Assembly: GCF_035594765.1 (NCBI RefSeq)
Contig: NC_085844.1
Coordinates: 87,373,923 to 87,437,922 of the forward strand
Source: Anolis carolinensis
Taxonomy: Eukaryota
Length of the DNA stretch: 64,000 nucleotides
Reading direction: 5' to 3'
The notes under the pieces were generated by a model that searched no databases, was not told where the DNA came from, and was given only the letters and a program-made list of their open reading frames with translations. Made by a program: the position numbers and the translations under genes. Positions 1 through 12,760 of this stretch are shown here, one piece after another. The stretch's first letter is position 1. Each line of letters starts with the position of its first letter.

Positions 1-127
1 TGTCTGTCTCGGTTCTATGTGTATATGGGCATTGAATGTTTGCCCTATATGTATATAATGTGATCCACCCTGAGTCCCCTTCAAGGTGAGAAGGGCGGAA
101 TATAAATACTGTAAATAAATAAATAAA
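1..127 (+). mobile_element. 3' part of L2-tailed SINE (Anolis SINE2-like)
   Basis: gtgatccaccctgagtccccttc...gggcggaatataaatactgt(aaat)n tail, same as element at 819-1034. Confidence 0.75.
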
Positions 128-352
128 TCATGGTCCTGAGTCCCTCTTTCTAGGGTAAACGCCAACTAAGTTAATTTTATAAAAATGGAAAATTAAAGTG
201 GGCCCCCAAAACTGACACACTTTCTTCAAGACAGAAAAATGGGTAGGAAAAAGTTAAGCCCAGTTTACTTTAGCTAACATTCTAACATTAACTACTAGCT
301 TTCTATTAGTTTTCATAGTAAAAAATAGCTCAGTTATAAATTAGATGCTTAC

Positions 353-416
353 TTTTGTATTCGCTTCTCTATGACTGGCCTTACAGCGCTGATCCAATCA
401 TCTTGATTGCATACTC
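353..416 (-). CDS. UCHL5: UCHL5 exon 7 (64 nt)
   Basis: (G)[20 protein letters not shown]; ttag/gtaagc. Confidence 0.95.
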
Positions 417-3400
417 CTAAAATAAAAAGCACACAAATATTACTTGTTAATATTTATATGTACTTCCGCAAGCATTTCTATTCACCAAAGATATTATTTG
501 TTACAAAATTAAAGAAATACTCCTAAAATGAAAGCACACAAATATTACTTGTTAACATTTCTATGTACAGAACATCATTTTTTATTTAAGCTCAGGATGC
601 CATATATGCAATTTCTAAAAAATACCAGCAAAATTTTATTTTTGACATAGTATGAAAGCAGCAATGACTGTAGTAACTTTTTTAAACCCCTTACAAGATG
701 ACTAAAAAACCCACTATGTTCTATGTTTAAAACGTGTTTATTTAAAATTCTCCCCTCTTAATATATTTTGAAATACTGTTTTCTTCAATCTGGGAAATAG
801 TGAAACTTTTAATCTAATATTTATTTATTTACAGTATTTATATTCCGTCCCCGAAGGGGATTCAGGGCGGATCACATTACACATATAAGGCAATCATTCA
901 ATGCCTTGACACAGAACAAAGACAAAGACAAACGCAGGCTCCGAGCTGGCCTCGAACTCATGACCTCTTGGTCAGAGTGATTGGTCTCAGCTGGCTGCAG
1001 CTGGCTGCTCACCAGTTTGCGCCACAGCCCGGGCCTAAAAAGGTTTAAAGGGCTGTGTATTTTGGAGGGTATGACAAGGATCTGGTTTAGGCGTCTCGAG
1101 AATGTCTGATGGTTTAAATCACCTATGTCACAAATCTGGCCCATGATGTCATTTTATGTAGCCTATGATGCTTTCAATGCCAGGGCAACATAATTACATT
1201 TAGATAGTCTTACAATTAAAAAAAAGGTCCTTTGAAGGCACCCATAAGGTTGATGTGGCCTTCAGTGAAAATGAGTTTTACACCAGCGGAATAATTTGGT
1301 TTCTCTCATCCCTAAAATATGTGTATTAATGATTGGATATTTTAGTGAAATACGTATTTGACTAAATCATTATTATACACTCTTTTATGTGTGTAAATTA
1401 TTTAGAGGAAACTCTCCAGTGAAATTGATAAAGAGAATTTCTAAGAATTGTATTCTGTAAAAAGATATTTAAAAATGTTTTATAGAGTAAACCAATGGTT
1501 GTCAACATTGAATTGTTCTTATTTTTCAAGCATTAGAAGTTCCAGCCAGTATGGCAATGTTTAGGAATTTCGGGAACTAAAATCTCAAACATCTGGAGGC
1601 CAAAGTTTGGGAACCTGATGTAAATCATTTTCACCCAGCTTGCCTTACAGAATTTAAAACTATAATAGTCTTTAATACCATAATCTCTGAAACATATTAT
1701 TAATTCCAGAAATACTAGTAACACTGGAAGTTTAGACTGTAATTAACTTTGAATTTTGTGACAGCTATTATTCTATTTTGGCTTAAAGGACTTTTTTCAC
1801 TTTTCATATACTACAACAAAACTAACTATCCTACCATATAGTGACACACACAACAACCATAAAGTCTAAATGAGAAAAGTGGAAGAACATTACACAGCTA
1901 AATTAGAATTTTACCCAAATCTATTGGTCCTTCCCGCAGACCATCTAGTTCATATAACCTTCCGTTTACGGGAACGTAGCTGACAAAATGAAAAGCATCT
2001 TCTTCTTTCGCTGTTGACTTTGCATCAAACTCAAACATTTGCTGTCTAAATGCAAGTAAAAGAAAAGAATGAACATTAAAATAAAGCACTTTCTTAGGAA
2101 ACTGGATGATTTGCACAGATTTGGTTATTACCTGGCAAAACTGTTGTGAACTTGTCGAATCACTTCTGAGTTACTTAATGCTAGACCCTTCATCTAAAAT
2201 TAAAATGAGAAATTTGTTTAATTGGTCCTGAGCAAGGTTTTTAAAGAAAAAAGAAAAGCAAAGAACGGGTACATAAGTAATAATTTAATTTCACATACCG
2301 CTGCATCAAAGCTTTGAGAGAATTCTCTGAATTCTGAGAGTGTTTCTCCTAAATGGACATCTTGATGAGTACAGTTTAGTAGTACACTTACTATGGCTTG
2401 AGTTGCACAAGCATTGTTTATCACCTGCAAAGGAATGAACAATAACTTAGTAAAAATCAAATATATAAACCAATTTTCATTCACTTCATGTTAATCCACT
2501 GCAATCGTTTTGACAGAACAATAATAGAAACTCTTCATACATGTATACTGTGGTTCACGTATCCTTTGCACGGGATGTCTGCACTCCTTACACATAATGG
2601 TTTATTCAGCAGCTTTGTTTTATAAAACAAATTCAAATTGTTGGTCTATTATCCTGCAGGCACATGAATTATATCTTTGTATGTTTAACAAAAGTTATCA
2701 TGGTAGCATTACTTAAATAGATTTCTATGTATGAAGTCTCCCACATTTAACATCTTCAGCAGTACAGACTACGATCCAAAGTACTACTTCAGCTATAATC
2801 AACATTTATAAGATGAGCTGAAGACTTACATGGAAAATATTTCCTGCTTTAAATATAAATTACCAAAAAACATTCAGCAGCCAAACCAGGCTTTTAAAAC
2901 AGAATACTACTACTACATATATTTGTGTATGTCAAGAAATTTTAAGTCAAAAATATCGACCCTAAAAAACTGAGTTGACTTATCCACAACTGTACCTTAA
3001 CTCCTATCAAATGTGACCATCAATTTTCAACTCTAAATCTGATTAAGAATATCAAAAATCAGTAAAAGGGAAAGCTAGTATAAAATGTGATCCAACAATT
3101 TTCTATATCTACGAATGCCTGTGTAACAAAGATGGCCTTTGTACCCACTGAGTTTAAATAACTAAAACCCAGTTTTCTCCAAAATGTAAGGGTTCAGGCT
3201 ACATTCCTACACATGCTTATCTAAAAATAAATCCAACATTAACTTAATAGGACTCAGTTATGAGCATGCATATAGAAGTTTACAAGACTATTCTGCACAT
3301 AGTATCAAGGTGGCCCAATTTCTACAAGTGTGCTAATGAAGTTGCTCACATTACTAAACATGAACTTAACCTGTGGTTTGCTTGCCAAAGATATACTTAA

Positions 3401-6400
3401 GAGCTCCAGGCACTATTGATAGGATAGTAATCAGTGGATATTACTGTCATTTATGAATACTGAAGCAGCCATAATATGAATCAAACAATTGGACCATTCA
3501 ATTATTTATATGAAATGGCAGCACCTGTTTTGTTTCAAATGGGACTTCTGTTATTTTTAATACTCTGGTAATGGATTCAAGTAAAACTTAATTCTCACAC
3601 AACAAAGATATGACACTCAGTGATAAGTTACATTAGGGTATTAAGCTCAATGCAAACACCACACAAATGGCATGTTTGGGTCTTAGTAAAGATTGCAGCA
3701 AATTGATTTTAACTCACTCCAACAAAACACACCACACTATTAAGTGATTCAGATCTGAATTATAAAGACAATGCTAGCAGTGGCCAATCTGCAATAGAAG
3801 ATTTAAATGTTCGTAGCACAAACAATATTTCACGAATGTCTGAAATCCCCCCACCCACACCCCAGTTTGGGCACTTAGTCTCTAAAAGGTTCGACATCAC
3901 TGAAGTAGTCCCATCACAATCCCTTTTAAAACATGGCTTTGGTGCCATCATGTGTCAGTTTTGTGAACTGCCAATCTAAAGGACCTTCTTCATGTACATT
4001 ATTTTCAGGAACCAGAATTTAGCCCCATCAAGATTGGATTAATTCATTTTATGGGATTTGTCAATGTGAATCATTGTTTAACAGTTGATTCAAAACATTT
4101 ACTTGAATAGTGACTAATTAATAAGATTCCAGCTCTTGTTTTTCACGCTTGCATCCCAATTCTAAAAACATTTGCAGTGGAACAGCTAAAACAAACTATT
4201 ATAAGAGTTCCCAAGATTATAAAATTCATGTATTTTGACCAAGCACACAATGAAACAAAATGACAGGTTTTGCACCATTGCAATAACAATGCAATAGGAA
4301 AGAGGGGCAACTCCTTATGATGGCTGATAGAATTCTTAGTGAGAGGTAAAAAAGATAATGGTTGCCAAAATTCCATTATGTTCTCACTATTCCAGAAAAA
4401 CATATTGACATTTTGCTACAGTTTGCATCGTTATACAAAAAAACCCCCTAAATCGTATTTCATGCTACCTGAAATATTGACAAATCTAAGTTTTTATTGC
4501 CAATTTCTATGAAATCTGGCATACATTATGTTATCTATTTTCAAAACTATTCATTTTCATAAATCAAGACAAAGCATAGTACACATCAATTTGGATTAAT
4601 TAGAAGACTTATTTTTAAAGTAGTCTTACTTCATTTCTGATCATTCCCAAATAAAGATCCATGTGTTCTTAGCTTTAGAGGATGAAAAAATCTGTCCCAT
4701 AAATTTTAAATACTAAAATCTGATGTCTATTTAACTAGAAATAGATGGCACTGAGATGCAAGCGACTTCCAAAAAAATCTGTAAAACTTTACAGATTACA
4801 ACATTGTTCTATGTGAATTACAAAAAAGTGCCATACTTGTATTCACATAATACAAGCCTGTAGTTCTTGCCTGTGGTAATTTTTATCTGATCTTTCCCGC
4901 CCAACCTGTGCAATCATTCTTAATCAGAAAATGCTCTAGGTGAATATATATAGAGAATATCTAAACTTACTGTACCTGTTTAGCAAAAAATATTGTATCT
5001 AATCTGGAATCCTGAACAACAGAGCCAGCTGGTTCTTCTCCTGGTTGCCATTTGAACAGAAAAATCAGTCCATGAACAGGCCTACACAAAGAAAGGATGA
5101 GAAAAAAATATATAGTGGAATATATATATTTATGGAAAGTCACTATTCCCAATATATGTAATATCGCAACACTGAAAATGCTTACTGAAACCAAATCAAT
5201 TAACACTACTAGATCACAAATGCAAGATTCTTAGCCATATCACTAATTCTTCAAGATAGCAATGACTGGAGGAAGCATGGACAGAAATATTATGTCTTCC
5301 TGAAAAACCAGTAGGATGTTGCTCCTGCTCCAGCTTATCGTTGAATTAATCTTCACATTCTTGTATCAAACACTTACAACTGGGCAACTGGACTGTGACA
5401 CATATAGCAAATAATTTCTATCCACATTCTTGACAAAGACTGTAGCAACTCAATTACAAAAGTATTAAGTTGTTTCAGAATTTCTTTTCTACTACTGTCA
5501 GCACCCCCTGATGAATATTCTGCTCAGAATGTCTCTACTTGTAGAGAGACGAGAGAGAAGAGCAGATATATTCCCAAATGCCACATTTGATGAAGCTACA
5601 TCTCCAAACACTTATGGAAAGTTCTAAACATTGAGAACAGAGTTTTCAAAAGACACAGATGACTATAAAGACAGATGAAGGTCTATGAAAATTGCCTCCT
5701 CAAATTATTTCAGCAATGAAATGTTCCACTTTCAAAACCTTCCACAGACATATACACATAATTCTAGGTTTCTTCATACATATCTACAGATAATACCAGG
5801 GGCAGGAAATATACTTACTTCAATTTTTCAAAGTTCTCCGGCTCCAAACTCCATATTTCCTCAACCTGAGCACCTCTGCAACCTGAAATAGTGTAGAAAT
5901 TTTGCCTATTATTGTTTAATAAGTTAGCTTTTATGAAGATACAGATGAAAAGGTAGATACTGCTTTTTCATCTGTAACCTAATCAAACTGCTTTTGTTTA
6001 CCCTGTATACTCATGTATAAGTCCTGAAATTGTAGTCAAAAAATCAATCACAAACCTGGGTCAACTTATTCACAGGACAGTGTGAGTACTGTACCTTAAT
6101 TCTTATTTTAAACAAAAGAGAAGAGCCATCCTGTCCTGTGAGTAGAGTTGTGAAAGACAACAGTTTACTTTGTTCCAGAAGAATCTAAAAGAAACACAAC
6201 TCCTCTTTACTCTCTCTGCCTTTTTGAATATCTGGGTAGGGAAATGGCTGTGGGATCCAAGGGCAGCTGGGAATGAGGTGTTACTGGTCCATTTCCTGCT
6301 CTGTAAGATGATCCTCGATGTATCCCTGGGTCAAATAAAAAATCCATAATTTTGACCCCCAAACCTGTCTTTGACATACATAAGACTGACTTATACATGA

Positions 6401-9400
6401 GTACATATGGTATACAGAAAAAATATTCTTTTTAATGCACATTTCTGAATACAGAGTGCTCCGCAGTGAGTGAAGTCCAAACCAAGGATCTAGAACAGTG
6501 GTTTTCAAACTGTGGGTCTCCGGATGTTTTTGGCCTTTAACTCCCAGAAATCCTACCAGCTGGTAAACTGGCTGGGATTACTGGGAGTTGTAGGCCAAAA
6601 CATCTGGAGACCCACAGGTTGAGAACTACTGATCTAGAAGAACCCTAACCTGTAGTATGCAGTACTCCCACACGCAGGTGTTGTGGCTAAACTACTACAG
6701 AGTTACTTTTATAATGAAAGTTGTATAAAGATTAACATAATTACAAAGTTTTTGAAAAAAGCACAGAGGTACTACAAAAATTGATTAATATTTCTACTAT
6801 TATGGGCTACACTAAAAAGGAATGCCATAAATGTGAATTTATCTTTAGAATTTGAAGACACAGAGATACATAGTTGCTTTGTAAATGTATTCTGGTGAAG
6901 TGGTTAACCACTCAAGTTAACAAAATGAATGTTGATACTTCTTTCTTACTAGAGGAACAGTTAGCGTTTTTAATTCTAATAGATAAACTAAATTTACTAT
7001 ACTTGGAAAATATGTCACATTAGTAGAGCTGTACAATTTGCATTAAGAGCTCTGGTGAATGCAGTGAAGCAAAAATGTTAGCTGAAATAAATCTGAACTC
7101 AGGCAACATGTGCAGCAACTCGGCTCCCTTAGTAACAGAATGTGAAAAAGAGCAAGATGGATCATAGAATCACAGAGCTGGAAGAGGCCATCTAGTCCAA
7201 CCCCATTCTGCCATGCAGAAAAAGCACAAAGATGGTCATCTGTCAGGGGTATTTGACGGGTACTCTGTTTAAAAGCTTCCAAGAAAGAAGCTTCCACCAC
7301 ACTACGAGGCAGAGAGTTCCTTCCTTCCCTTCAAAGAGCTCAGACAATTGTGTTACCCTATAGCAAGCCTTTAAAAACAAGCTATACTGAAAGGGAATAG
7401 GATGTCCAGGGTGATCCAGATCCACTTCACATAATAAATGGCACAAAAAGCAAGTATTCAAAAACTCCACAAACTTAAGTTACTGTTAACTCTAAGTCAG
7501 GTATGTAACATGTTTGCAAATGCTTGCATGCTAGGATCACACAGTGGACCTTTGATATCCAGTGTGGTTTGGTTCCTGGGCAGCCATATTTCATGGATGC
7601 TCAGGTCCCATTATAGACAATGATGTAGTATAATGAAATTTGCAAAACCAAAGTTTGCCTTTTGGATTTTGGTTGCAGAATTGGAGGATAGGGAGGGCTG
7701 ACTGCATATTACACTTGCAAATATTTTGTGCAAGACCTCCACTTTATGCTGTAGCTGTTACCAACTGCAAAATATTTGCAAGTTCATCAATATGTTTCCA
7801 AACACCTAGAGCAAAACATCTGCTCTTACAGCAAAAACTGGCTGCAGTTCCTTGGCCAGCTGCTAACCTACTTTGTTGGGCATGAAATAGACTTTAAGAC
7901 ACCTATGTAAACCATTTATGTGCTTAGCTATTAAATACTATAGAAGTAAATTATAACATACAGTCTTTACCACAGGTCCAGCACCAGGACATTACATTAT
8001 GTAATAAAATTTGAATTGTTTTTGTTCTTGGTTTGAACCTGTTATTTCCTGTTTACTTATGCGGTACTTGCTTTGGAAAGTAGTTGTTGTGTCTGCCACA
8101 AACGATGTTGAATTGGTTGAGACTCTTTGAGGTATTCATTGGAAAACTATAACAAAATGTACTGAAGGATGTCCCACAAAGCAAAGTTTTTGCAGTTTAG
8201 TAACCTTTCCCCCATGTTTTTAGTATAAAACCAATTAGGAAATGACATTTATAACCCAGGAACAAAAATCGTGTTACATAGTGTTACCCTTCACAGGAGA
8301 AAAAAAACTAACCACATCTATATCTATGAAACTTGTAAAAATCCACCCTCCCTTAAGCCAATTTTAGAATAATAGAAACATAGGGTGCATCTACACTGTT
8401 GAACAAATGCAGTTAGATATTTTAACTGTCATGGTTCAATACAATGGAGTCATAGAAGGCGTTATTATGCAAGTCCTCTCAGCCCCCTTCAACACAGCTG
8501 TATAAAATTAAAACTGAAGTGGATTATCTGGTGGTGTGGCCCTTCCCCACAGCCATAAAACCCAAAATATCAAGGCAGAAAATCCCATATCTGCTTTGAA
8601 CTGGGTTACTGAGTCCACACTGCCATATTTTCTAGGTCAAAGCAGAAAATGTGGGATTTTATTCAGATGTGGAAGGGGCCGGGATTATATGGCAGTGTGG
8701 ACTCAGGCCCCTTCCACATAGCTGTATAAAATCCCACATTATCTGCTTTGTTCTGCATTATATGGTAGTGTGGACTTAGATAATCCAGTTCAAAGAAGAT
8801 ACAGCAGAGTCTCACTTATCCAAGACTCGCTTATTCAAGCTTCTGGATAATCCAAGCCATTTTTGTAGTCAATGTTTTCAATACACGTGTCATGATATTT
8901 TGGTGCTAAATTCGTAAATATAGTAGTAACAACATAACATTACTGCATATTGAACTACTTTTTCTGTCAAATTTGTTGTATAACATGATGTTTTGGTGCT
9001 TAATTTGTAAAATCATAGATATTCGCTTATCCAAGCTTCTGCTGGCTCGTTTAGCTTGGATAAGTGAGACTACTGTATTGTGGACTATCTGCCTTGATAT
9101 TCTGGGTTATACAGTTGTGTGGAAGGGCCGGTAGTTTAACAAGGTCTTTTTCCTCCTCTGTCCAAGAATTCTGGTGTCCCAACTCCTAGGAGTCCATTGC
9201 ATGTGTTGCCAAAGTGCCTTCATTCTAGACTAGAGAATATCTGCAAAGAATGAAATTGGCGCTTGAGAGCCTTAAGAGCAGCAGAGCCCTCCCTGAAGTC
9301 CCGGCCTGTCTTAAGGGCCTTCGTTCTTAACCCCTCCGCCTCTCAAGCGGTAAAAAAAAAAAAGGGCAACCCAAGCCTCACCGAACCCTTTGATGAGCTC

Positions 9401-9463
9401 CGTGAAGACGCCCGGGTCGCTCTCCATGAGGCACCACTCGCCGGCACTGCCTCCTCCCGCCAT
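353..9463 (-). CDS. UCHL5: Ubiquitin C-terminal hydrolase L5 (UCH37), coding exons 1-7, 3'-partial
   Basis: complement(join 9382-9463, 5819-5882, 4976-5081, 2299-2424, 2132-2193, 1915-2045, 353-416). All introns GT-AG and phase-consistent. Protein [28 protein letters not shown]...[12 protein letters not shown] (catalytic Cys)...AFHFVSY...LYELDGL (His, Asp). Confidence 0.98.
411..568. repeat. Direct duplication (~52 bp; 411-463 and 517-568) of the UCHL5 exon 7 acceptor region
   Basis: atactcctaaaat(a/g)aaagcacacaaatattacttgttaa(t/c)attt(a/c)tatgtac twice, 106 bp apart. Confidence 0.9.
819..1034 (-). mobile_element. Full-length tRNA-headed SINE with L2-type tail (Anolis SINE2-like)
   Basis: On - strand: A box TGGCGCAAACTGG, B box GAGTTCGAGGCC, stem-loop tail and (TAAA)n. 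Confidence 0.8.
1915..2045 (-). CDS. UCHL5: UCHL5 exon 6 (131 nt)
   Basis: [43 protein letters not shown]. Confidence 0.96.
2132..2193 (-). CDS. UCHL5: UCHL5 exon 5 (62 nt)
   Basis: [20 protein letters not shown]; tttag/gtaata. Confidence 0.96.
2299..2424 (-). CDS. UCHL5: UCHL5 exon 4 (126 nt)
   Basis: [42 protein letters not shown]. Confidence 0.96.
4976..5081 (-). CDS. UCHL5: UCHL5 exon 3 (106 nt)
   Basis: [35 protein letters not shown]; ag/gt boundaries. Confidence 0.96.
5819..5882 (-). CDS. UCHL5: UCHL5 exon 2 (64 nt)
   Basis: ttcag|(G)[20 protein letters not shown]|gtaagt. Confidence 0.96.
6001..6410. mobile_element. Old Tc1/mariner (Tc2/pogo-like) non-autonomous element
   Basis: TA-flanked, imperfect TIRs gtatactcatgtataagtc / gacttatacatgagtacat; related fragments ~2915-3010, ~18165-18370, ~30590-31015, ~63005-63110. 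Confidence 0.6.
6496..6631. mobile_element. Palindromic hAT MITE
   Basis: CAGTGGTT(T/C)TCAA TIRs, perfect 8-bp TSD ATCTAGAA. Confidence 0.85.
7160..7320 (-). mobile_element. CR1 LINE 3' fragment
   Basis: catagaatcacagag tail repeat; matches 3' end of CR1 at 12480-12760 in reverse. Confidence 0.7.
7995..8283. mobile_element. CAC...GTG MITE with 3-bp TSD (probably Chapaev3/CMC)
   Basis: TIR CA(C/T)TATGTAA / GTTACATAGTG, TSD TTA; same family at 34174-34468, 38558-39000, 62659-62946. Confidence 0.65.
8538..9129. mobile_element. PIF/Harbinger-type MITE cluster with nested Tc1/mariner MITE (8802-9075)
   Basis: GGCCCCTTCCACA / TGTGGAAGGGCC TIRs; inner CAG..GAGTCTCACTTATCC element inserted at duplicated TA. 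Confidence 0.8.
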
Positions 9464-9735
9464 GGCGGCTCTGAAGCGGCGGCAAAGGCGTCCGGCCTCG
9501 GCCTCCCTCAGGAGAGAAGAGGCGAGGCTCCGACAGCCCCGCTTCTCGCGCCGTGAATCCTCCGCCCGCGCGCACGCTGCTCTCTTCCCGACAGGCTCCG
9601 CGGAAGTCAGACAGGCGCTGAGAGATGAAGGGGACCGGAAGCCGGCCACAGAGAGGCAAGACTAGAGAGGCCCCGCTTCTTGTTTCCAATGCAACAAGGC
9701 GCGGAGGAGGCGGACATTTTGGAGGGCGCTCTGTC
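9290..9735 (-). promoter_or_regulatory. UCHL5 CpG-island promoter / 5' UTR
   Basis: GC/CpG-rich patch around the ATG; ETS-type CGGAAG cores (~9601, ~9636), CCAAT (~9686). Confidence 0.75.
9382..9463 (-). CDS. UCHL5: UCHL5 coding exon 1 (82 nt)
   Basis: gccgccATGG Kozak; [27 protein letters not shown]; donor G|GTGAG. Confidence 0.96.
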
Positions 9736-9770
9736 CTTCACCTCTCTATGGGAGCATGTACACTGAGGAA

Positions 9771-9851
9771 CAGGCATGGGCAAACTTCGGCCCTCCAGGT
9801 ATTCTGGCCTTCAACTCCCACAATTCCGTTAGGCAAGTTTGCCCATGCTTG
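9771..9851. mobile_element. 81-bp hAT MITE
   Basis: TIR CAGGCATGGGCAAACTT / AAGTTTGCCCATGCTTG; degenerate 8-bp TSD ctgaggaa/ctgtagaa; sibling at ~13217-13282. Confidence 0.7.
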
Positions 9852-10103
9852 CTGTAGAAGCAATGCAGTTTGGCACCGCCTTCATTGCCATGGTTCTGCG
9901 GTTTTAACAGTCTTTCGCCTTCTCTGCCTACCAATATTTTCCACCCCCAGGATTCCAGAGCATTGAGCCATGACAGTTAAAGCGGTGTCAAAACGGCGTC
10001 GATTCCACTGTGTCATCAGGCCTGTTGCCAGAAAAAAAATTGGGATAAGTTGAAACTCCCCCCCGCCCCCCAAGATGTCTTTTGAGGCCAGTGCCTGAAA
10101 TTA

Positions 10104-10915
10104 CAGTAGAGTTTCACTTATCCAGGGGCTCCTGGTGGCACAGTGTGTTAAAGCGCTGAGCTGCTGAACTTGCGGACCAAAAGGTCCCAGGTTCAAATCC
10201 CAGGAGCGGAATGAGCGCCTGCTGTTAGCCCCAGCTCCTGCCAACCTAGCAGTTCGAAAACATGCAAATGTGAGTAGATCAATAGGTACCGCTCCAGCGG
10301 GAAGGTAACGGCGCTCCATGCAGTCATGCCGGCCACATGACCTTGGAGGTGTCTACAGACAACGCTGGCTCTTTGGCTTAGAAATGGAGATGAGCACCAA
10401 CCCCCAGAGTCGGTCAAGACTGGACTTAACATCAGGGGAAACCTTTACTTTTACCTTCACTTATCCAATATTCACTTATCCAACGTTCTGGATTATCCAA
10501 CACAGTTTGCCCCCCGCCTCGATCCACAGCTGTTTCTCTGGGCAGCAAGAATTGAACTTTTTATGGATTTAATTTCTGACAATGTTGTCTGTAAGTTCAT
10601 TTTATGCACTTCTATCTTTTTTGTAGTTAATTTGTTGGTAACCAATATTTTTTGGTCAATGTTTTCAATATATTGCAATGTCTTGATGTTAAATTCATAA
10701 ATACAGTTATTCAGTACTGCATAATGTTACCTTGTATTGAACTGCTTTTTCTGTCAATTTGTTGTAAAACATGATGTTTTGGGTGCTTAATTTGAAAAAT
10801 CATAATGTAATTTGATGTTTAATACGCCTTTCCTTAATCCCTCCCTATTATCCAACATTTTTGCTTATCCAACGTTCTGCCGGCCCGTTTATGTTGGATA
10901 AGTGAGACTCTACTG
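10104..10915. mobile_element. Tc1/mariner (pogo/Tigger-like) MITE containing a Sauria SINE
   Basis: CAGTAGAGT(C)TCACTTATCCA TIRs, TA TSD. Confidence 0.85.
10125..10455 (+). mobile_element. Sauria SINE, full length
   Basis: tRNA head (tggcacagtgtg / ggttcaaatcc), (ACCTTT) tail, 12-bp TSD TTCACTTATCCA. Confidence 0.9.
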
Positions 10916-11489
10916 TACCATCATTGTGCAATGTTCTTCATGGGTAATAGGTCCTGAATCATTGCTCCTTCTTTAAGCCAGTTCTTGTCAGCCATAAAGG
11001 ACAATAGTTTTCACAACTGGCAGGACTTTGTTTTCTTCTGCTTTCTTTGTATTTGATCATGATAATGGGTTACATCAATATGTTTTCCACTGAATTAGCA
11101 AGAAGTTTTCAACCAGGTAGAAGTTGTTCTGATGGTACTCAGTTTTTTGGTGAGTACCATCAAGACTTCTACTGCATTTTTCAATCACACAAATGGTTTA
11201 GCAACCAATGCACCAAACTTTTGATGACCACCTTTGCCCCCAACTTCTCCTCCAAAGGAGTGCACCTTGTTACAACATTAAGATGTATTTTTGGCATTGC
11301 AGAGGGATTGGCTAAAAGATTTGTGGACTGAGAAAGGACCATTGTAAATACTACTGTTTTTGATCTCTTGGAATCAGTAAAGTTCCTGTATTTTTGTTCT
11401 GCAAACCTGAGTGGCATGTTATTGTTCTGCGGGTGACTCTGGATTGCAGGCATATGTAAGAGCTTCCATTTATCATAATTAATCCGTAA

Positions 11490-12760
11490 CAAAAACGACC
11501 TTAACAGATTAGAGAGCCGGGTCAAAACTAACAAAATGCATTTAAACAAGGACAAATGTAAGACACTAAACTTAAGCAGAAAAAATGAAATTCAAAGATA
11601 CAGAATGGGTGATGTCTGTCTTGACAACAGTGCATGTGAAAAAGATCTTGGAGTTTTTGTGGACAAAAAGTTGAACATGAGCCAACAATTTATTATATTT
11701 ATTTACTGTATTCCTATCCCGCCCTATCGCACCCCAAGGGGGGCTCAGAGCGACTTACAACTTGGCACAATTTGATGCTATGTCAAAAATACATGAAACT
11801 TTAAATCATAAACATAAAACAATAACATATAAATACAATTAAAACAGGATTTAAAACAGCAATTAAAACAATGACATAATCCATTATCAGAGTCCATTAG
11901 CCATTCCAGTTACAGTCACATAATTCGCAGCTGCCTATTACATTGTCACTAGTCTATTCTCTGAATGCCTGTTTCCAAAGCCAGGATTTTATTTGTTTTC
12001 TGAATGCCAGGAGGGAGGAGGCTGATCTCACATCACTGCAGTCGAGGCGCCACAACTGTAAAGGCCCTCTCTCTCATCTCTGACAGCCGCACCTGTGAAA
12101 GTGGCGGGACCGAGAGCAGGGCCTCCCCAGAAGGTCTTAACGTCTATCCACAACATGATGCTGCAGCTAAAAAAGCCAATGGGATTTTGGGCTGCATTTA
12201 AAGGAGAGTAGTGTCTAGATCAAGTGAAGTCATGCTGTCTCTCTATTCTATGAGGAGCGTCTGAAAGAACTGGGTATGTTTAACCTGCAAAAGAGAAGGT
12301 TGAGAGGAGACATGATAGCCATGTATAAATATGTGAAAGGGTGTCATAAAGAAGAGGGAGCAGGCTTGATTTCTGCTGCCTCGGAAACTAGGACTTGAAT
12401 CAATAGGTTCAAATTACGGGAAAGGAGATTCCACCCGAACATTAGGAAGAACTTCCTGACTGTAAGAGCTGTTCAACAGTGGAAGTCTATGCCTTGGAGT
12501 ATGATGGAAGCTCCTTCATTGGAGGCTTTTCAACAGAGGCTAAATCACTATCTGTAAGAGGTACTTTGTTTTTGCTTTTCCTGCATGCTAGTTAGAGTCT
12601 GGGTAGATATACATACTGAGTTCGGCCTATACTGTTTTTTTAAACAGAGGCTGTATGGCCATCTTCCAGGGGCGTTTTGATTATGCTTTTTCTGCATGGC
12701 AGGGGGTTGGACCAGATGGCCCATGTGGGCTCTTCCAACTCTATTATTCTGATTCTATGA
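11490..12760 (+). mobile_element. CR1 LINE 3' fragment interrupted by an L2 fragment (-; ~11688-12147)
   Basis: CR1 ORF2 tail FNKDKCK...EKDLGVFVDKKLNMSQQ|HDAAAKKANGILGCI; ends in attctatg-type repeats. Confidence 0.85.

Larger units (their letters stand above)
10070..11330 (-). pseudogene. Degraded hAT (Tip100/THAP12-PRKRIR-like, DUF4371) transposase fossil, interrupted by MITE 10104-10915
   Basis: Hand translation across frameshifts: GGKGGHQKFGALVAKPF*LKNAVE / HQKTEYHQ / EENKVLPVVKTIVLYG*QELA*RRSNDSGPI / HNDG|NFR / LKRHL. Confidence 0.7.

Noticed and set aside
4965-4975. Second donor GTAAGT 5 nt downstream of the UCHL5 exon 3 donor
   Set aside because: Would frameshift; such neighbours are common and there is no evidence of use.
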